Shown one piece after another: positions 1-17,580 of a stretch of DNA of 64,000 bases. The notes below the pieces were generated by a model, which was not told the DNA's origin, did no database searches, and saw nothing but the letters and a program-made list of their open reading frames with translations. The stretch is from the NCBI RefSeq assembly GCF_009914755.1, contig NC_060934.1; one strand, written 5' to 3'. The stretch is from the human T2T-CHM13v2.0 reference genome, Homo sapiens. Each line of letters begins with the position of its first letter. Position 1 is the stretch's first letter. The position numbers were made by a program, and so were the translations under genes.

Positions 1-251
1 CTGGTAGCAGCCCGCAGAAAGAATAAATGATACATGTTTCTTTCAGATGTTTAGAGATGTCAGACTCTCAGTTCATCTTTCCTAGAACCAGAGAAGGGAA
101 GGCCTGGCTGTATCGTGGAGATTCTCTATAGATGCTAATTTCCTCCACAAAAGACAGATTTTCAGGACTACATCTGTTGCTGTTTCTCTGACAACCATCT
201 CAAAATATGTCAAAGAAATATACTTTGGGATAAAATACTTTTATTTCTTTC
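1..251 (-). mobile_element. ERV1 MER4-group LTR, 5' part (truncated by window start)
   Basis: ggagattctctatagatgctaatttcctccacaaaagacag...aaaatatgtcaaagaaatatactttgggataaaatac matches the reverse complement of the MER4-group LTR start as recalled. Confidence 0.7.
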
Positions 252-350
252 TGGTTGCTGAGTAAGTCAGATAAGAAGAAAAAGAAAAGAATAAAATAAA
301 AGAACTGGTAGAAAAACATAAAAGAACGAAGACAGGCTAAATCCTCCCCA

Positions 351-388
351 ACACACACACACACGTACATACACAAACACACACACAC
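351..388. repeat. Imperfect (CA)n microsatellite
   Basis: acacacacacacacgtacatacacaaacacacacacac read directly. Confidence 0.9.
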
Positions 389-449
389 TGAGTAGCATGA
401 AAAGGCTCTTAAGAGTCAGGTAGCACAGTGGTAATAATCGTCATTTCCA

Positions 450-600
450 TTAGAACCCCCTGGGGGGTGTTCAAAGAATTTAGACACTCAAGCTTTCCCC
501 ACAGGATTCTCACCAAATGGCTTGGGAGTGGCCATGCAGTAGCATTTTTTACAGACTTCTATGGTGATTGTAATGTGCACCCAGGACGGATAGTCACTGC
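450..600. mobile_element. MER5-type hAT-Charlie MITE remnant
   Basis: attagaaccccctggggg...gcatttttaca...ggtgattgtaatgtgcacccagg...cactgc resembles MER5A/B. Confidence 0.55.
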
Positions 601-2476
601 ATCAACCAAATTTTGGAAATCTCAAGAGGTTAAGTAATTTAAAGAGCTTTGTGGTCCTGAGGCACACAGTCAAAACTAAAACCGAGTTTTTTTTTCTCTT
701 AATTTATGACTCTTTCTCTGTATTCAATGACACTATCTCTGGGCCTGTCTTGAAAGCTTGATATAATTACATGGCCAAAATTAGGATACCATGACATTAC
801 CATGTCCTCTGAAATTTGAAAGAAAGCCCTGAAGAACAAGTATTTCTGAGTGCATCATTTAATCATTAGGAGCATCCTTCTTAAGTTGGCACACTGCACT
901 GGTTCAATATACAAAGATAAACCAATAAAAAGTTGTATTCTTAAGAACTGAGGCTATATTACAATAATCACAATATGGTGCCAGCCATGTTTTCCTCTCA
1001 CTCTCCACAATGCCAGGACTCTGTGCATTGTACTAATGGTAACTCAGTGGCCAACTGACAGAGGGAATGATCCCAAGAGAGGACAGCCACTTCCTGTGAT
1101 GGCGCTGGACTGTTGCTGCCATGGCCCTGGGCCTAACTGAAATGAATTGTCAGTTTTCATTGGTATGCACTTGCACACCCCAGAGCTAGTTGGAAAGGCA
1201 GATGATCCAAGTCACAGTCAATCTTAAAATGTTAACTCAGAAACAGAAATGTGCTAAAAGTAAATTTGATCTTGCAAACACACAAATATAAGATACGGCT
1301 GGAACATCCATCATGAGAGGAAAGAGGCAGCTTCCCTCATGACTTCTTTTATCTTTCATCACTAAATATAATTTTGCTCTTTTACCATAGTAACATAGGA
1401 TTTTCTTCCCTCCACAGCCATAGTAATAGGAGTTTATTGTTACATGATTTTTCCCCTTTACAAATGCAGTCAATTTCCACGGTCTATTTATAATAATATG
1501 TATTTATATTCATGACTATTTAGAGTATGAGGAAATATTGTATTTTCATATTAACAAATATATAAGATGCTCACAGGAAATTTTAATGGGAGGTTTGATG
1601 TAAGTTTTGCTCTAGAGGAATAAATATTGAAGCCAGCTAAAGTGTTACTCATTTGTCTTCTTTAAATATTTCACGAGATTTTTTCAACCTCCCTTTGCAA
1701 ATGCTGACTCCACTATTACTCTATGAATGTGTTTCTGAACTCTAAAAGAGTTGCAATGATTAGCCTACTGTGTTTATATACGTTAAAGAAAATGTGCATT
1801 AAGCCCAAGCCTTACAAGTAAATGAAAATATCAGACTGCTAAATTTAGTTCATAGTTGCCAGGGGTCCAAATCATGTGAGATATATCTTAGTAGCATTTA
1901 TCAAGTATGTTTTCTGTGCAAAAGTGATAAGCCACTTTGTAGGTATTATTCTATATAATGTAAGACTTAGAAGTACAGAAACCAGTGTCCTCAATTTGTA
2001 GGTGAGAAAACCAAATAGAGATTCTATGACTTCAATGTTGTTCACCTAATAATTAACTGAGCTTATTGTTTCAATTTTATGAAGTCATAGGTTTAACTTT
2101 TGACAATATATTAATGAACTGAAAAATGCTGCAATTACTATCAGTGTGCCTAGTGAGATATATCAAATCACATAAAAAGTACAGCTCCTCTACAGAGTTG
2201 TTCACCTACCAAACACTGAAAGTCAAAGCTAGAAAATAAGTGAAATTCTTCACTTTATATTGATGGAACAGTGAACATTATTATCTAGTCAATGTTGCAC
2301 AATTATCTAGTACTAAATTAATGTTGAGGACTAGCCAATGTAATGCTATGCTCAGTTAACATTTTTCTTAGACTGAATATACTTTCTAAGCTGTCTCATG
2401 GTTTGCTTAAATAGATACTTTGAAAGTTCACTTTGAGCATTTCACTAAGAAGCTGAACGAGAAAGAATTAGATGCG

Positions 2477-2888
2477 TATTATTTTATTTTTTTATATATT
2501 TTTTATTATACTTTAAGTTCTAGGGTACATGTGCACAACGTGCAGGTTTGTTACATATGTATACATGAGCCATGTTGGTTTGCTGCACCCATTAACTCGT
2601 CATTTACATTAGGTATATCTCCTAATGCTATCCCTCCCCCCTCCCCCCACCCCATGACAGGCCCCAGTGTGTGATGTTCCCCTTCCTGTGTCCTAGTGTT
2701 GTCATCATTCAGTTGCCACCTATTAGTGAGAACATGCTGTGTTTGGTTTCTTGTCCTTGCAATAGTTTGCTGAGAATGATGGTTTCCAGCTTCATCCATG
2801 TCCCTACAAAGGACATGATTTTTTATGGCTGCATAGTATTCCATTGGTATATACGAGCCACATTTTCTTAATCCAGTCTATCATTGTT
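2477..2888 (-). mobile_element. L1PA (PA4/PA5-like) 3' end, 5'-truncated, ~410 bp
   Basis: T-rich tail then ttatactttaagttctagggtacatgtgcacaacgtgcaggtttgttacatatg... = reverse complement of the primate L1 3'UTR, followed by the ORF2 end. Confidence 0.95.
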
Positions 2889-3204
2889 TTCATCAATATT
2901 TTTTCTACGTTACAACACTTAGAAAGGACACCATCAATTGTTTTCTTTCTTTGGCCCACTGTCATCTCCTTTTTTGTCTTCTACATAAGTGAATGAAGGA
3001 ATCTATTCAAGAAACCATTGATAGAGCTGTTTTCCTTATATGTAAAAGTGGAAGAATAGTTCCCCTGTATTAGTTATGCATGATGAGTGGCTCAAAGGGG
3101 AAATATAATAACAAAAAGAAAAGGAAGGGGAGGAGTGCACAGTCACTAAAATCACAGATGTGATTTTCAAATCCCACTTCCGACCACCCTACTCCCCAAG
3201 ACAT

Positions 3205-3375
3205 CACTTTCAGCTGTGTCATTTTGGGTTATTTAATCTCTAGCTATCTCGGTGCCATCTTTGAAAAACATAAATGATTCATATCATAGAATATATGGAG
3301 ATTTAAATGAAATAACACATATGAAACAATTATCAAAGTGCCAGGCATATATTGTTGACAATAAATATTTATTGT
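3205..3375 (+). mobile_element. MIR SINE remnant
   Basis: agctgtgtcattttggg...gagatttaaatgaaataacacatatgaaac...gtgccaggcatat...caataaatattt resembles the MIR core and 3' end. Confidence 0.7.
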
Positions 3376-4134
3376 GTATATATTATATGTCAAATATCAT
3401 TCTGTGTTTTCATTCATTGTTCCCCTTAACCTCAGAAGCCAAAAGTCATATTGTTTACCACTGTGCTCTAGTGTCCCCAGTTGCTATTAAATGTAGCTCT
3501 ATGGCTGAAAGATCAATGTCTGTATTATTATTCTGTCTCTTACAAGCTGTGTGAAAGGGCAGGCTGTTGTTTAGGCATAGAGATTCGGTGGTGGTGGGGC
3601 TCTGAGCCTTAGTTGTATCTGCAAAATACAGTTATTTCTACCTCCAACAGTACTTTGAATTTGCCTCCTATCACAGGGCAAGTATATGATAAGCATTTAA
3701 TGTGTTTCATTAAATCTACACATCATCAGTAATAAGAGACACCATTATTTCATGTTCTACTGAAAATCTTTAATATGTCAATGAAAATATAATGCAATAC
3801 TTTCTTATCACATTGATCTTAAGATGTTTTGTTACTTCAGAGATGTAAGAATGTGAAAAGAAATATGCATCTTGGAATAAATAAAATGCAGTATTAAGCA
3901 CTATTTTCCTTTCTAGGAAATACAGGCCACACCCACTCACCCACTTCCTAGGAAAAATTTGTCCACATTATTTGTCCACATTATTATCACTGATACAGCA
4001 TATCAAGTCATTTGCCCAATTCTTCACTTTCTTGAGGCTGTGTTATACATTTATGTCCTTACCCTAGCCTCTTGGTCAGTGTTTTTTCACCCCTTGACAT
4101 TTTACTTGTGTATAGGACTTGATAAGGTTAATAA

Positions 4135-4345
4135 AGGGTTCCTCAGTCTCAGCACTAAGCTGAATTTGGGGTTAGATAATTCTTTGCTGTGGAAGACTGA
4201 TATTTAGCATCACCTCTAACTTCTACCCACTAGTTACCAGTAGCACCCCTGCCTCCCTCCGAGTTGAGGCAACCAAAAATATCTCCAGACATTGCCAAAT
4301 ATCCTCTGGGGCAAAGGATAAAATTTACCTTGTTTAGAACCACTG
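4135..4345. mobile_element. MER20 hAT MITE
   Basis: ggttcctcagtctcagcact...ctctacccactag-like core...ccaaaaatatctccagacattgccaaatatcctctgggg...gtttagaaccactg (MER20 terminus). Confidence 0.85.
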
Positions 4346-4439
4346 GATCAATGGTATGTTATGGGCTTGGCATAACTAGAGGCTTGAATCTTGTTTGCAT
4401 GATGGCGCTATTTCTCTTACACTATGGTGTCCAAGCATG

Positions 4440-4570
4440 AAAAGAATTTCCCCTGGCAGTCTTCTCCTTCACCCTGAGCTTCAGAGTGAATACACATGGA
4501 GCAAACCTGAGCCCAGTCCATAGTTTGCAGCAGAGTCAGCCTGCTGAGCCCAGCCTAGATCAGCCAGTTG
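4440..4570 (+). mobile_element. Old MaLR (MLT1-type) LTR fragment
   Basis: cagagtcagcctgctgagcccagcctagatcagcc is typical of MLT1I/J/K. Confidence 0.5.
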
Positions 4571-4619
4571 CATCGGGTTCCTTTTCTTGGGCTGTTCTTT
4601 CCATTGGCAAGAGCATATC

Positions 4620-5450
4620 CTCTGGTAGTTTTTTGAGAAAGACTATATTCATTTTGGGAGTCAGTTTTTAAAAATTTGAATTCTAGCTTGGAAATCATTT
4701 TCTCCTGGAATTTTGACGGTGTTGCTTTATCATTCTTTTGCTTCAAGTGTTCCAGAAAATCTAGCACATAGAGATGTTCAGTGGCATGAACCTCACCACT
4801 GATCTAGGAAACCTGCCTTTTCTTTCCCACTCTGGGACTTGAATAGATCTTTAGTCCCAGGATGCTGAAATATCATGATAATATGTCTTGATGTGCTATT
4901 TTTACATTTAATCATTTAATGAGCTAGACAGTTTTTGAGTCCTTTCACCATAATCTCAGGTATTTTTTTTATTAATGGGAAATTATCCTGTATTATTATT
5001 TATTTAAAATCCCCACCCTCCTTTTTTTCTTATCTCTGTGGACATCTTGCTAGTTGCGAGACATATTTTGTCCTTTTGTTCTACTTTCTACAGATTTTTT
5101 TTTTAACTTTCAAACTTTCTACTGCAATTTAAAATTTTGTGTCTATATATGAATATATATATAAATTTGCAAGAACTCTTTCTTGTTTTTTTTTCTAACA
5201 TTCTGCATTTTCTCATTTTATGGATTCACTGTAACATCACTGTAGATAATATGGATATGTAATAAATAAAATAGATGTACTTAAAATGCTATTACTGTAT
5301 TTTCTGCTTTCTTTGAGTTACATTTATTTCTTTTAAAAACTTTTATTGGTCCTTGTCTTTCATGCCATCGATTTCTATACATACTTTATTCTAGACTGTT
5401 AATTCATATTAGAGTGAGGCACTGAGAAGCACTGTGGATACCTTATGTTT
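4620..5450 (-). mobile_element. Ancient L1M fragment (ORF1 region, antisense)
   Basis: T-rich, degenerate antisense L1 ORF1-like text (ttctagcttggaaatcattttctcctggaattttga...). Confidence 0.45.
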
Positions 5451-5931
5451 TGGGGTCTCTAAACCTTTTTCTTTTGTGGTAGTCAGTACTCTGTAGAGGA
5501 ATCTCCTAATTTTCTGCTTGAATAGAGAAATCTCTCTTCAGCATTTTAAACCTGAGAGAAAAAATGGTGTTTGGGTGGTGGGTAGGGGATGCTTTAATAA
5601 TTTGATTTAATAATTTTAACAGTATCTTTCTGCTGTCAGTATGGCACCCTAACTCCACCCTTAATTGCCCATACTATTTCCAAATTCAGGACCACTCTGA
5701 TTCCGTGTCTCCAAAATAAGTGTTCCTTGGAACACTTACTGGACTTGGAATTTGAATTTTCTTGGTCACGTACTTCGATATGTTACTGATACACTGTAGT
5801 TTATATTGAGAAACAGAAGATTCAATTCAGTGAGCAATGGATGGTAGAGAGATAATCACCAGGATAGATGATAGGAGGAGGAAGATCTGAAAGTCACATT
5901 GACCCTTATGTGGAATTAAAACAATACTACT

Positions 5932-6236
5932 GGCCATGCGCAGTAGCTCATGCCTCTAATCCCAGCACTTTGGGAGGCCGAGGTGGGTGGATCACCTGAG
6001 GTCAGGAGTTCGAAACCAACCTTACCAATATGGTGAAACCCTGTCTCTATTAAAAATGCAAACATTAACCGGGAGTGGTGGCGCGTGCCTATAGTCCCAG
6101 CTACTCAGGAGGCTGAGACAGGAGAATCGCTTGAATCTGGGAGCGGGAGTTTGCAGTGAGTCAAGATGGCACCACTGCACTCCAGCCTGGGTGACAGAGC
6201 GAGACTCTGTCTCAAAAAAAAAAAAAAAAAAAAAAA
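5932..6236 (+). mobile_element. AluS (Sx-like), full length
   Basis: Both monomers, gatcacctgaggtcaggagttcg diagnostic, poly(A); degenerate TSD aaaacaatactact (5918-5931) / aagaaaaatactcct (6401-6415). Confidence 0.95.
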
Positions 6237-6408
6237 GAGAAAGAAGAGAAAGAGAGAAAGAAAGTAAAGAAAGAAAGAAGAAAGAAAAAGAAAGAGAGAA
6301 AAAGAGAAAGAAAAAGAAAGAAAGAAAGAAAGAAAAGAAAAGAAAAGAAAAGAAAAGAAAAGAAAAGAAAAGAAAAGAAAAGAAAAGAGAAAAGAAAAGA
6401 AAGAAAAA
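6214..6408 (+). repeat. Alu-tail-derived polypurine tract containing (GAAAA)11 at 6332-6386
   Basis: Read directly; about 195 nt of A/G with a single T at 6265. Confidence 0.95.
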
Positions 6409-6799
6409 TACTCCTGTATTCTAGCCCCTAGCCTGCCCATAGCCTTCCAGATTGTCTGATGTCTCCAGTTACAGAGCTTTCCTAAGGTTCTGCAGCAGGT
6501 ATAAATTTGTTTCTTGTAGGCAACTATCTCTCAAAACATTTCAGTTTTCACTTTCTTCCCTCTGAGTCAGCTACCATTCTTTCATCCACTGTTTATCTTC
6601 CAAAAATTTGCCGACATCTTTCCCCTTTCATTCTCTTTACCTTATGGATTAATATATTTTCTTCATCAACTGACATTTTAACAGATTTTTACAAAGGAGC
6701 TGAGACAAATAATCATGTGTAATTAATCAGATTTAGCCAGAAGCTGGAAATAACATTTTAATAAATGGCATAATAAAAATGCATGACATGCTTGTAACA

Positions 6800-7480
6800 T
6801 TTGAAGGCAACAGAAAGGTGGGAGAAATATACAATATTGAATAATCAAACCAGAGATTCAAAATTTATCAGCACATTGATATTATGGAGCTGAGTCTACT
6901 GAATGTAATAAATGCAATTTAACCAATATGAGTATAAATTTAGTATGTAAATTCAAAAAATTAGGTGCACAAATGCAAGATATACAAGAATGTAAACAAC
7001 TCCAGAAGGTTAGGTGAGTTAAAACTGACTTTGCATCATCAGTGTGCCAGGAGTGCTGAAAAAGCCAATGTGCTCTGAGAAGTTTGGTTGAACTTTGTAT
7101 TTCCAAGCATAGTTGTAATATTCTGGGCCATAACCTCTAATAAGTTACTGATAAACTAGAGTGTATATGGAGAAAGAGAACAACATGGTTTCAGGATTTT
7201 ACTTATTTTGATATTGTTGGGCCAATTTATCCTAGACGGGTGAAAACTTAAGAAGGAAGGACAGTTAGCATTAGATTTTTAAAAAGTCAAACTGGAAGAG
7301 CATAAACCCTTATATACCATAGAAATTAAGGGCAGAATTCATGGATAAAGTTAATGAAAGGCTATATTTGGTCCGTTATAAGAAAGAAATGTTGACCAAA
7401 TCTGGATTACTGATGGATCAGTAATGGTTAAAATGTAGGTATACCACCATCACAGGGCTTGACTTTTGAAGGCTATTCTG
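6800..7480 (+). mobile_element. L3/CR1 LINE remnant (RT C-terminal region)
   Basis: aaaaagccaatgtg..., gataaactagagtgtatatggagaaagagaacaacatggt and tttatcctagacgggtgaaaactt resemble the degenerate L3 consensus. Confidence 0.55.
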
Positions 7481-8149
7481 TCAAGCTGACTTTCAGAGGG
7501 TGCTTACTTTGAACTAATAATGAGGCTCAGTACTTCCAGATTAGGCTATCAGGCAGGAACTTGAATTATTATCATTTTCCTTTGGAAAAAAAATGAGATT
7601 AAGTTGGGTACTGAAGTCTACAGACTAGTTAATTAGGATTAAAGCCAAGACTTTTGATTCTGTGGCCTCTGCTCTTAATCCCTCAGGATGAAGTCTCAGA
7701 TTAGTATGAAGCTTCCCTGACCATTCTCTGCTCAGCCAAGCCTCGCTCCCACATCCAACCATGATTACCTCTTCTCTTTAATACCTGTGAGCACTGTGCA
7801 CTCAATAGCCCTTTGTTGGAAACTGTCCCTAAGTAGTTTCATATAAAAACAATACCTGGAAAGATGGAGAAGAAACAACTATTCTGCTGGGCAGAGAGGA
7901 TGGAGTGCATCAGCATCCCAAAGGAGTACAGCCAGCATTATAGAACTCTGGGGTTGTATCTCCAGCAGAGCCACAGAGTGGGAAAAGCCTCAGGTTCTAG
8001 GGAAGCAGAGAGATCCCCACCCATGGTGGATTTGAGGATATGTGAGAATCCTAAAAAGGCAAGCATCAGTTTCCCACACCACCATGCACTACCTCAAAGG
8101 GAAAAATGAAAGAGCAGGATACAGGGAAAGCCTGGATTTCTTTTTTTCT

Positions 8150-12640
<4,491 letters not shown>

Positions 12641-15600
12641 TTAAGAATAGATTTCTTGCTAATCAAGCAGAAAGGCATTGAACCATTTAAATTTAGAGCT
12701 TTGATGAAATTTTGACATTTTTATTCTCATCAGTGTAAGGCCCACCAAATATGTTTTATAGGACTCAGCTTCAACTATACATTGATTTAAACGTTCTTTT
12801 AGAGAGAAATAATTTGAAACAAATACAAGTATGTGGTATGAAAGCTGCTAACATAGTCATTATATTCCATAGAATTATAAAATATCTATATATTCTAGAT
12901 TTAGAATTGATCGGAACATCAGTAGCCCTATGAGGCAATTGTTGCTAATCTCATACTTTAGTTAGGAACACATCTTTACCCCAGACTAAAACATCTCTGT
13001 TAAAAAATGTAAGATGACCACAGTATAAGCAACAATCTTTTCCATAACCATTTCTGAATTTACTGAGTTATTTCCATTCATAATGAAATACATTTATTCA
13101 CTTTGTGAAATGTTGATTTTATGTATAGTATTCTCTGCTATTTTTTCATCACTGGAAATAAAAATTTGAGTGAGTCTATAGTGAATTAATACAGTTTTCA
13201 AGTGTATGGCATCCTTCAAAACATTAACCAAAGATTTATGTTTTTCTGAATCATATCCTGCCACTCTCGTAGCTTTTCACGTTTTACAAATGACTACCTG
13301 GCTTGGTTTGGTATGAAATGGTTAAACATCCAAATCCCTTGCTTTTGCTGCATGATGATAGTTAAAATTATGGCATAAGAAAGGATCATGAAGTCAATGA
13401 CATCTGCCTGATGGAGAGTTACTTTTCACTGGAAGCTAGAGCAGCCCAAATGACCTTGCTGACAGCCACATGGCAAAAGAAAATCAAAATAGGTGCCCAA
13501 TCTAATCTTAACTCTCTTAAGAGATTTTTTTCACATTGAAACAGAATATACAGCCCTCACAGGCTCTGTCATCAGCACTTAGTCACTTTCTACTGGGAAA
13601 ATGTAGTTTTAGAGATATTAAAATACAGGCTTATGTGGCACACACACAAAAACCAATCTCTTTTTCCACACACCACCTAGACTCTGAGGATCACTGAAAT
13701 TTGTAGTGGCCAGTCTGGAGTGAAGGTGTGTAGAAACAAAGGCATGAGAGGGGAGAGAATGAAGCCACATAAAAAGGTTGCGGATATCATTCAGAAGAAT
13801 CAGGGCCTACATGGGGAGTCACTTCAAGCACAGAACAGATAAATAGCGTGCTTAGTATTTGGGTTGTGGAAGCATCACTCTGACTTTCTACTATCCCATA
13901 TTGCAGACTGTCAAGCCTGCATGCAATAAATTTGAAAATGGTTACTTAAAAGTCTCAAGAGCTCCCTTGGTTTAATTCCATGCCAAGTAAGAATTCCATT
14001 TGATGGATACACAGGGCATTTCTTCTTGATTATGGGATCATTATGAGCAACAGCTCTGTCACAGTCTTAAAATGCAGAGGGATGAGTAGGTGATTTTACT
14101 GCAGTCATCTGAATACCTGTCTTCCATTAGAAATAGAGAGCTGGTCTTACTTAGGTCATTCAAACATTACTGGAAAATAAGACTTAGAGTGATGGAAAAA
14201 ACAAAACAAACAACACATAGATGTCTAATTATGTGGTTTAACTTCCCATTTCTCCCCCTAAGAAGAAGCACTTTGACACTTGTCTTGTCAGGGCTATTGT
14301 TCCAGAAGACAATATCAATGAGCCCTCTGTAAATTTTTCCTGAGTTGATTCGATTCTAATGTATAATATTTGAAAAAATGCTTTGTATTTCATTTCACAT
14401 ACATTATGTAATTTTAACCTTAAACTAACTATTGGTTATGTATTATTAGTATTCCTATTTTATGAAAGGTAGGTACATAAGCTCAGAGGGATAAACTGTT
14501 TTATCTTAGAGAAAAATAATCAGTCAACAGAAAATAAACAAAATTATCTATTGACCATAGGCTCCTACTTTTTCTTTAAAAAAATGAGTGATCAAAAAAC
14601 ACAGGTTATATACAGGGTGTTTATATTCATATGCAAAGTAATGATGGTCCATGTTAATTGACCATGTTTTCTGAGACACCAAATCCTGTCTTGTTGTTTT
14701 CATTGGCTTAGATTTTTTTTTTAATCTGATGGAGCTTTGTTAATAGAGTGGCATTAAGACATTGAGGTGCCCAAAGATATGACATAAACAGATACTTTTC
14801 CAAGGACAAGTTGCCTTTCTGTAATAAAAGGAGTGTACAGGAACAGAGTAAGACATTCTATGGCCCTGTCAGCCCCTGGTGTGTTTATCCAATTCTCTTT
14901 GCTGTCTCTGAACTCAAAGTATGGATATAAATATATCACCCTCCCTAAACTGGAAGCAGGAGGCAAATGCACAAATAAGAACAAGATAAGAATTTGAAAG
15001 TTAAAATTACACAGATATAATTTTATAACAAAGAACAATTTTAAGAAGCGAAGAAGACAATTTTTATTTATAAATGTGGAACATTCTGAGCACAGAGGGG
15101 CCTGTCACACATAGTATATTGTGATGCAGTCTCCGAACACTTAATGTGTTCATTTTATTACCATTTTACTCTGGAGTAGAATGACATACTAAACTGATCA
15201 ATAGAAGGCTTTGGCTTCCTCAAGATGTTTACAGAGATTGTTGATATTGAATAACATGAAATGTTCTTTTATTTTTCTGTTGACTGTTACATTGTCTGAC
15301 TTCTGTGGGTATTTTAAAATTTTACCATGGCTTACTTCCTAGTTCCGAACAGCTAGTCAAGAGGAGCAGGTTAATCACCTGCAGATCTGTTAAGTCCCTA
15401 GACATGTGACATTCATATTATCACAGACATTAAGAAAAATCATGTCATTGTTCAGAGAGAGGGAAATGTAAGGATTCTGGGGCAAGGAAAATTCTCAGAA
15501 ATAGTTGCTTTTAGATTTGTCTTCAGTGGTGTAGGGGCTTGGTTCAAGTCAAACTATATTGAACCCCCAAATAGAACATACGCACCAGCTGCTTTCATAG

Positions 15601-15879
15601 AGGACTAAAAGTAAGGAAAGACACTTTTATTGATGTCTCTGGGATCTCATTGCTGCTGGTGGGTGGAGAGGAGTGGACAGAAAAAGGGGAATAATTAACA
15701 CATTTTATATGCTACTCTATTCTGTTATTATATGCCAGATACCAAGACAGGAATTTTCTTTTTTTTTTTTTCTTTAATGTGCTGGTGTTGTTATTGTCAT
15801 TTCATAGGCATGCCTATAAATTCTCAGAATCAGAGCCAAATCTAAAACTCAAATCTTCTGATTACAATTTCATGCTGTT

Positions 15880-16300
15880 GTTAATCAGGACTGTTTGGTT
15901 TGGATATGACAAAAACCCAACTCATTTTAGTTAAAAGGGGAATTTCCTGGTTTTAATTAAGGAAGATGGAAATTAAGATTCTACTGGATGGCTGGGCCTC
16001 AAAAACTTGAACATGCCCAGGACACTCTCTGAGTTCCATTCCTTCTCACTAGGCTTGACAGCATCAGTTTGTCTAAAGGATTCATCCACACATCAAGCAG
16101 TAAGATCACTGATTCATCCTGTATCTGAGGTGTCCAAGTTTCATCACTGGAGAGACTAGGATTAAGGCTCTGCCTCTCTGTTAATGTCTTGGGGAGGTTT
16201 CTGATTGGTCCAACTTATGTCAGGTGCTTGTCCATATACCACTAAACTGTGCTTATCAAATGAATTATTATTGTCCTTGCTTGCTTAGCCCGATGCTTTT
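15880..16300 (-). mobile_element. Old MaLR LTR remnant (MLT1K/L-like)
   Basis: gttaatcaggactgtttggtt...gacaaaaacccaactc and ctgattggtccaactt...gtcaggtgc motifs. Confidence 0.45.
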
Positions 16301-17405
16301 TGATGGTAGAAAGGGCAGTGGCAGCTACATGAAATAACTTGGGTCACCCAGATGGCAGTAGGTGGGAGTGAAAGTTCTATCTCTCACACTGTACATGTAT
16401 ATGATCAGTTGGCAGCTACTCTGATCTTAGAACAGTCTATTCTCTCAGGATGAACCCAAGGCCATTGGCTTCATTGACAGAGTACTATGCCCTAGGAGAG
16501 TACTCTGACCACCCAATATGCTTCATCAGAGGTTACTAATTACATCTTTCACAGAATGTAAAAGAACAGCCACAGTTATTTCACAACTCTTAGGTCACGA
16601 TTGAAATGAACAATATAAGGTGAAAATAAAGAAACTTCATTGCATTACTAATGAGGAAATCTTGGGAGCCATGTACCAAAAAAATTATATTGACTAGAAA
16701 ATTATGATCAGATGAAATTGAAAGAAGATCTGCAATCTTACCCAAAGCCATAAGGGTAATCTCTATGAGCTCTCTAAAACAATCCCAAGTAAACATTTGA
16801 ACCTGGTAATAACACCATGCTTGCTATATACAAAAAGACACAGAAAGGGACCTCTCAAATGGTAAGGCTGCCTTTATCTTCTTCAAAAACAAAAGCCTGG
16901 GAACACTTCTGCCTTAAATAATCAAAGAGTTAGTGGACATGAGCCTGGCAAAACTCTTCTACCCTGCTGTCTATGAGAGCTGTCTTATAATAATGAGGTG
17001 CAGAGAGAAAGAGAGAGAGAGGAATTGATGAGCTTGAGGAGAGAAGGAAGTTTGGAGTCTGTCCAGATTCCAGCTCAACTCTTGCGGTACAGCAGTGACA
17101 CTAGGAATCCTCTAGTCCATTTGTACCCAGGATGGCAGCACCGAACAATGAACTAGGGGTACAGGGACAACCTGGAAGACAAAGTGATAGCAAGTGAGCA
17201 CCTGGCCATCTCACAAAGAACTGAGAACATGCAATGCTCTCCTTCTAAATAAAGCACAAGACTAAGACGTGCTTCAGAAGAGGAACAGAACCCCCACTAG
17301 GACTATACTGTTACACGTCATTTTTGTTTTCCTTAGGGAAAACATTCAAACAAGGAAATACCAAAGTCCAGCAGAATCCATCTGAACTCCTCCCTGATGC
17401 TTTAT

Positions 17406-17580
17406 ATGGTTCTCAGTTTTGGCTGCACATTAAAATCACTTGGGAAACTTCAAAATTCCCAGTGAGCAGGCCACTCCTGAGATCAATTAAATCAGAATTG
17501 CTGGAGAAGGGACCCAGATCTCCCTACTGTCTTTAAAGCACCCTGGATTTTATTGTGCAGTGATGGCTGTGAACCACTGC
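17406..17580. mobile_element. MER5A hAT MITE
   Basis: tggttctcagttttggctgcacattaaaatcacttggg...caattaaatcagaatt...gaaccactg; terminal inverted repeats visible. Confidence 0.85.

Noticed and set aside
6105-6440. Lys/Arg/Glu-rich and Phe/Ser/Leu-rich ORFs
   Set aside because: Translations of the Alu end and the GAAAA tract, not proteins
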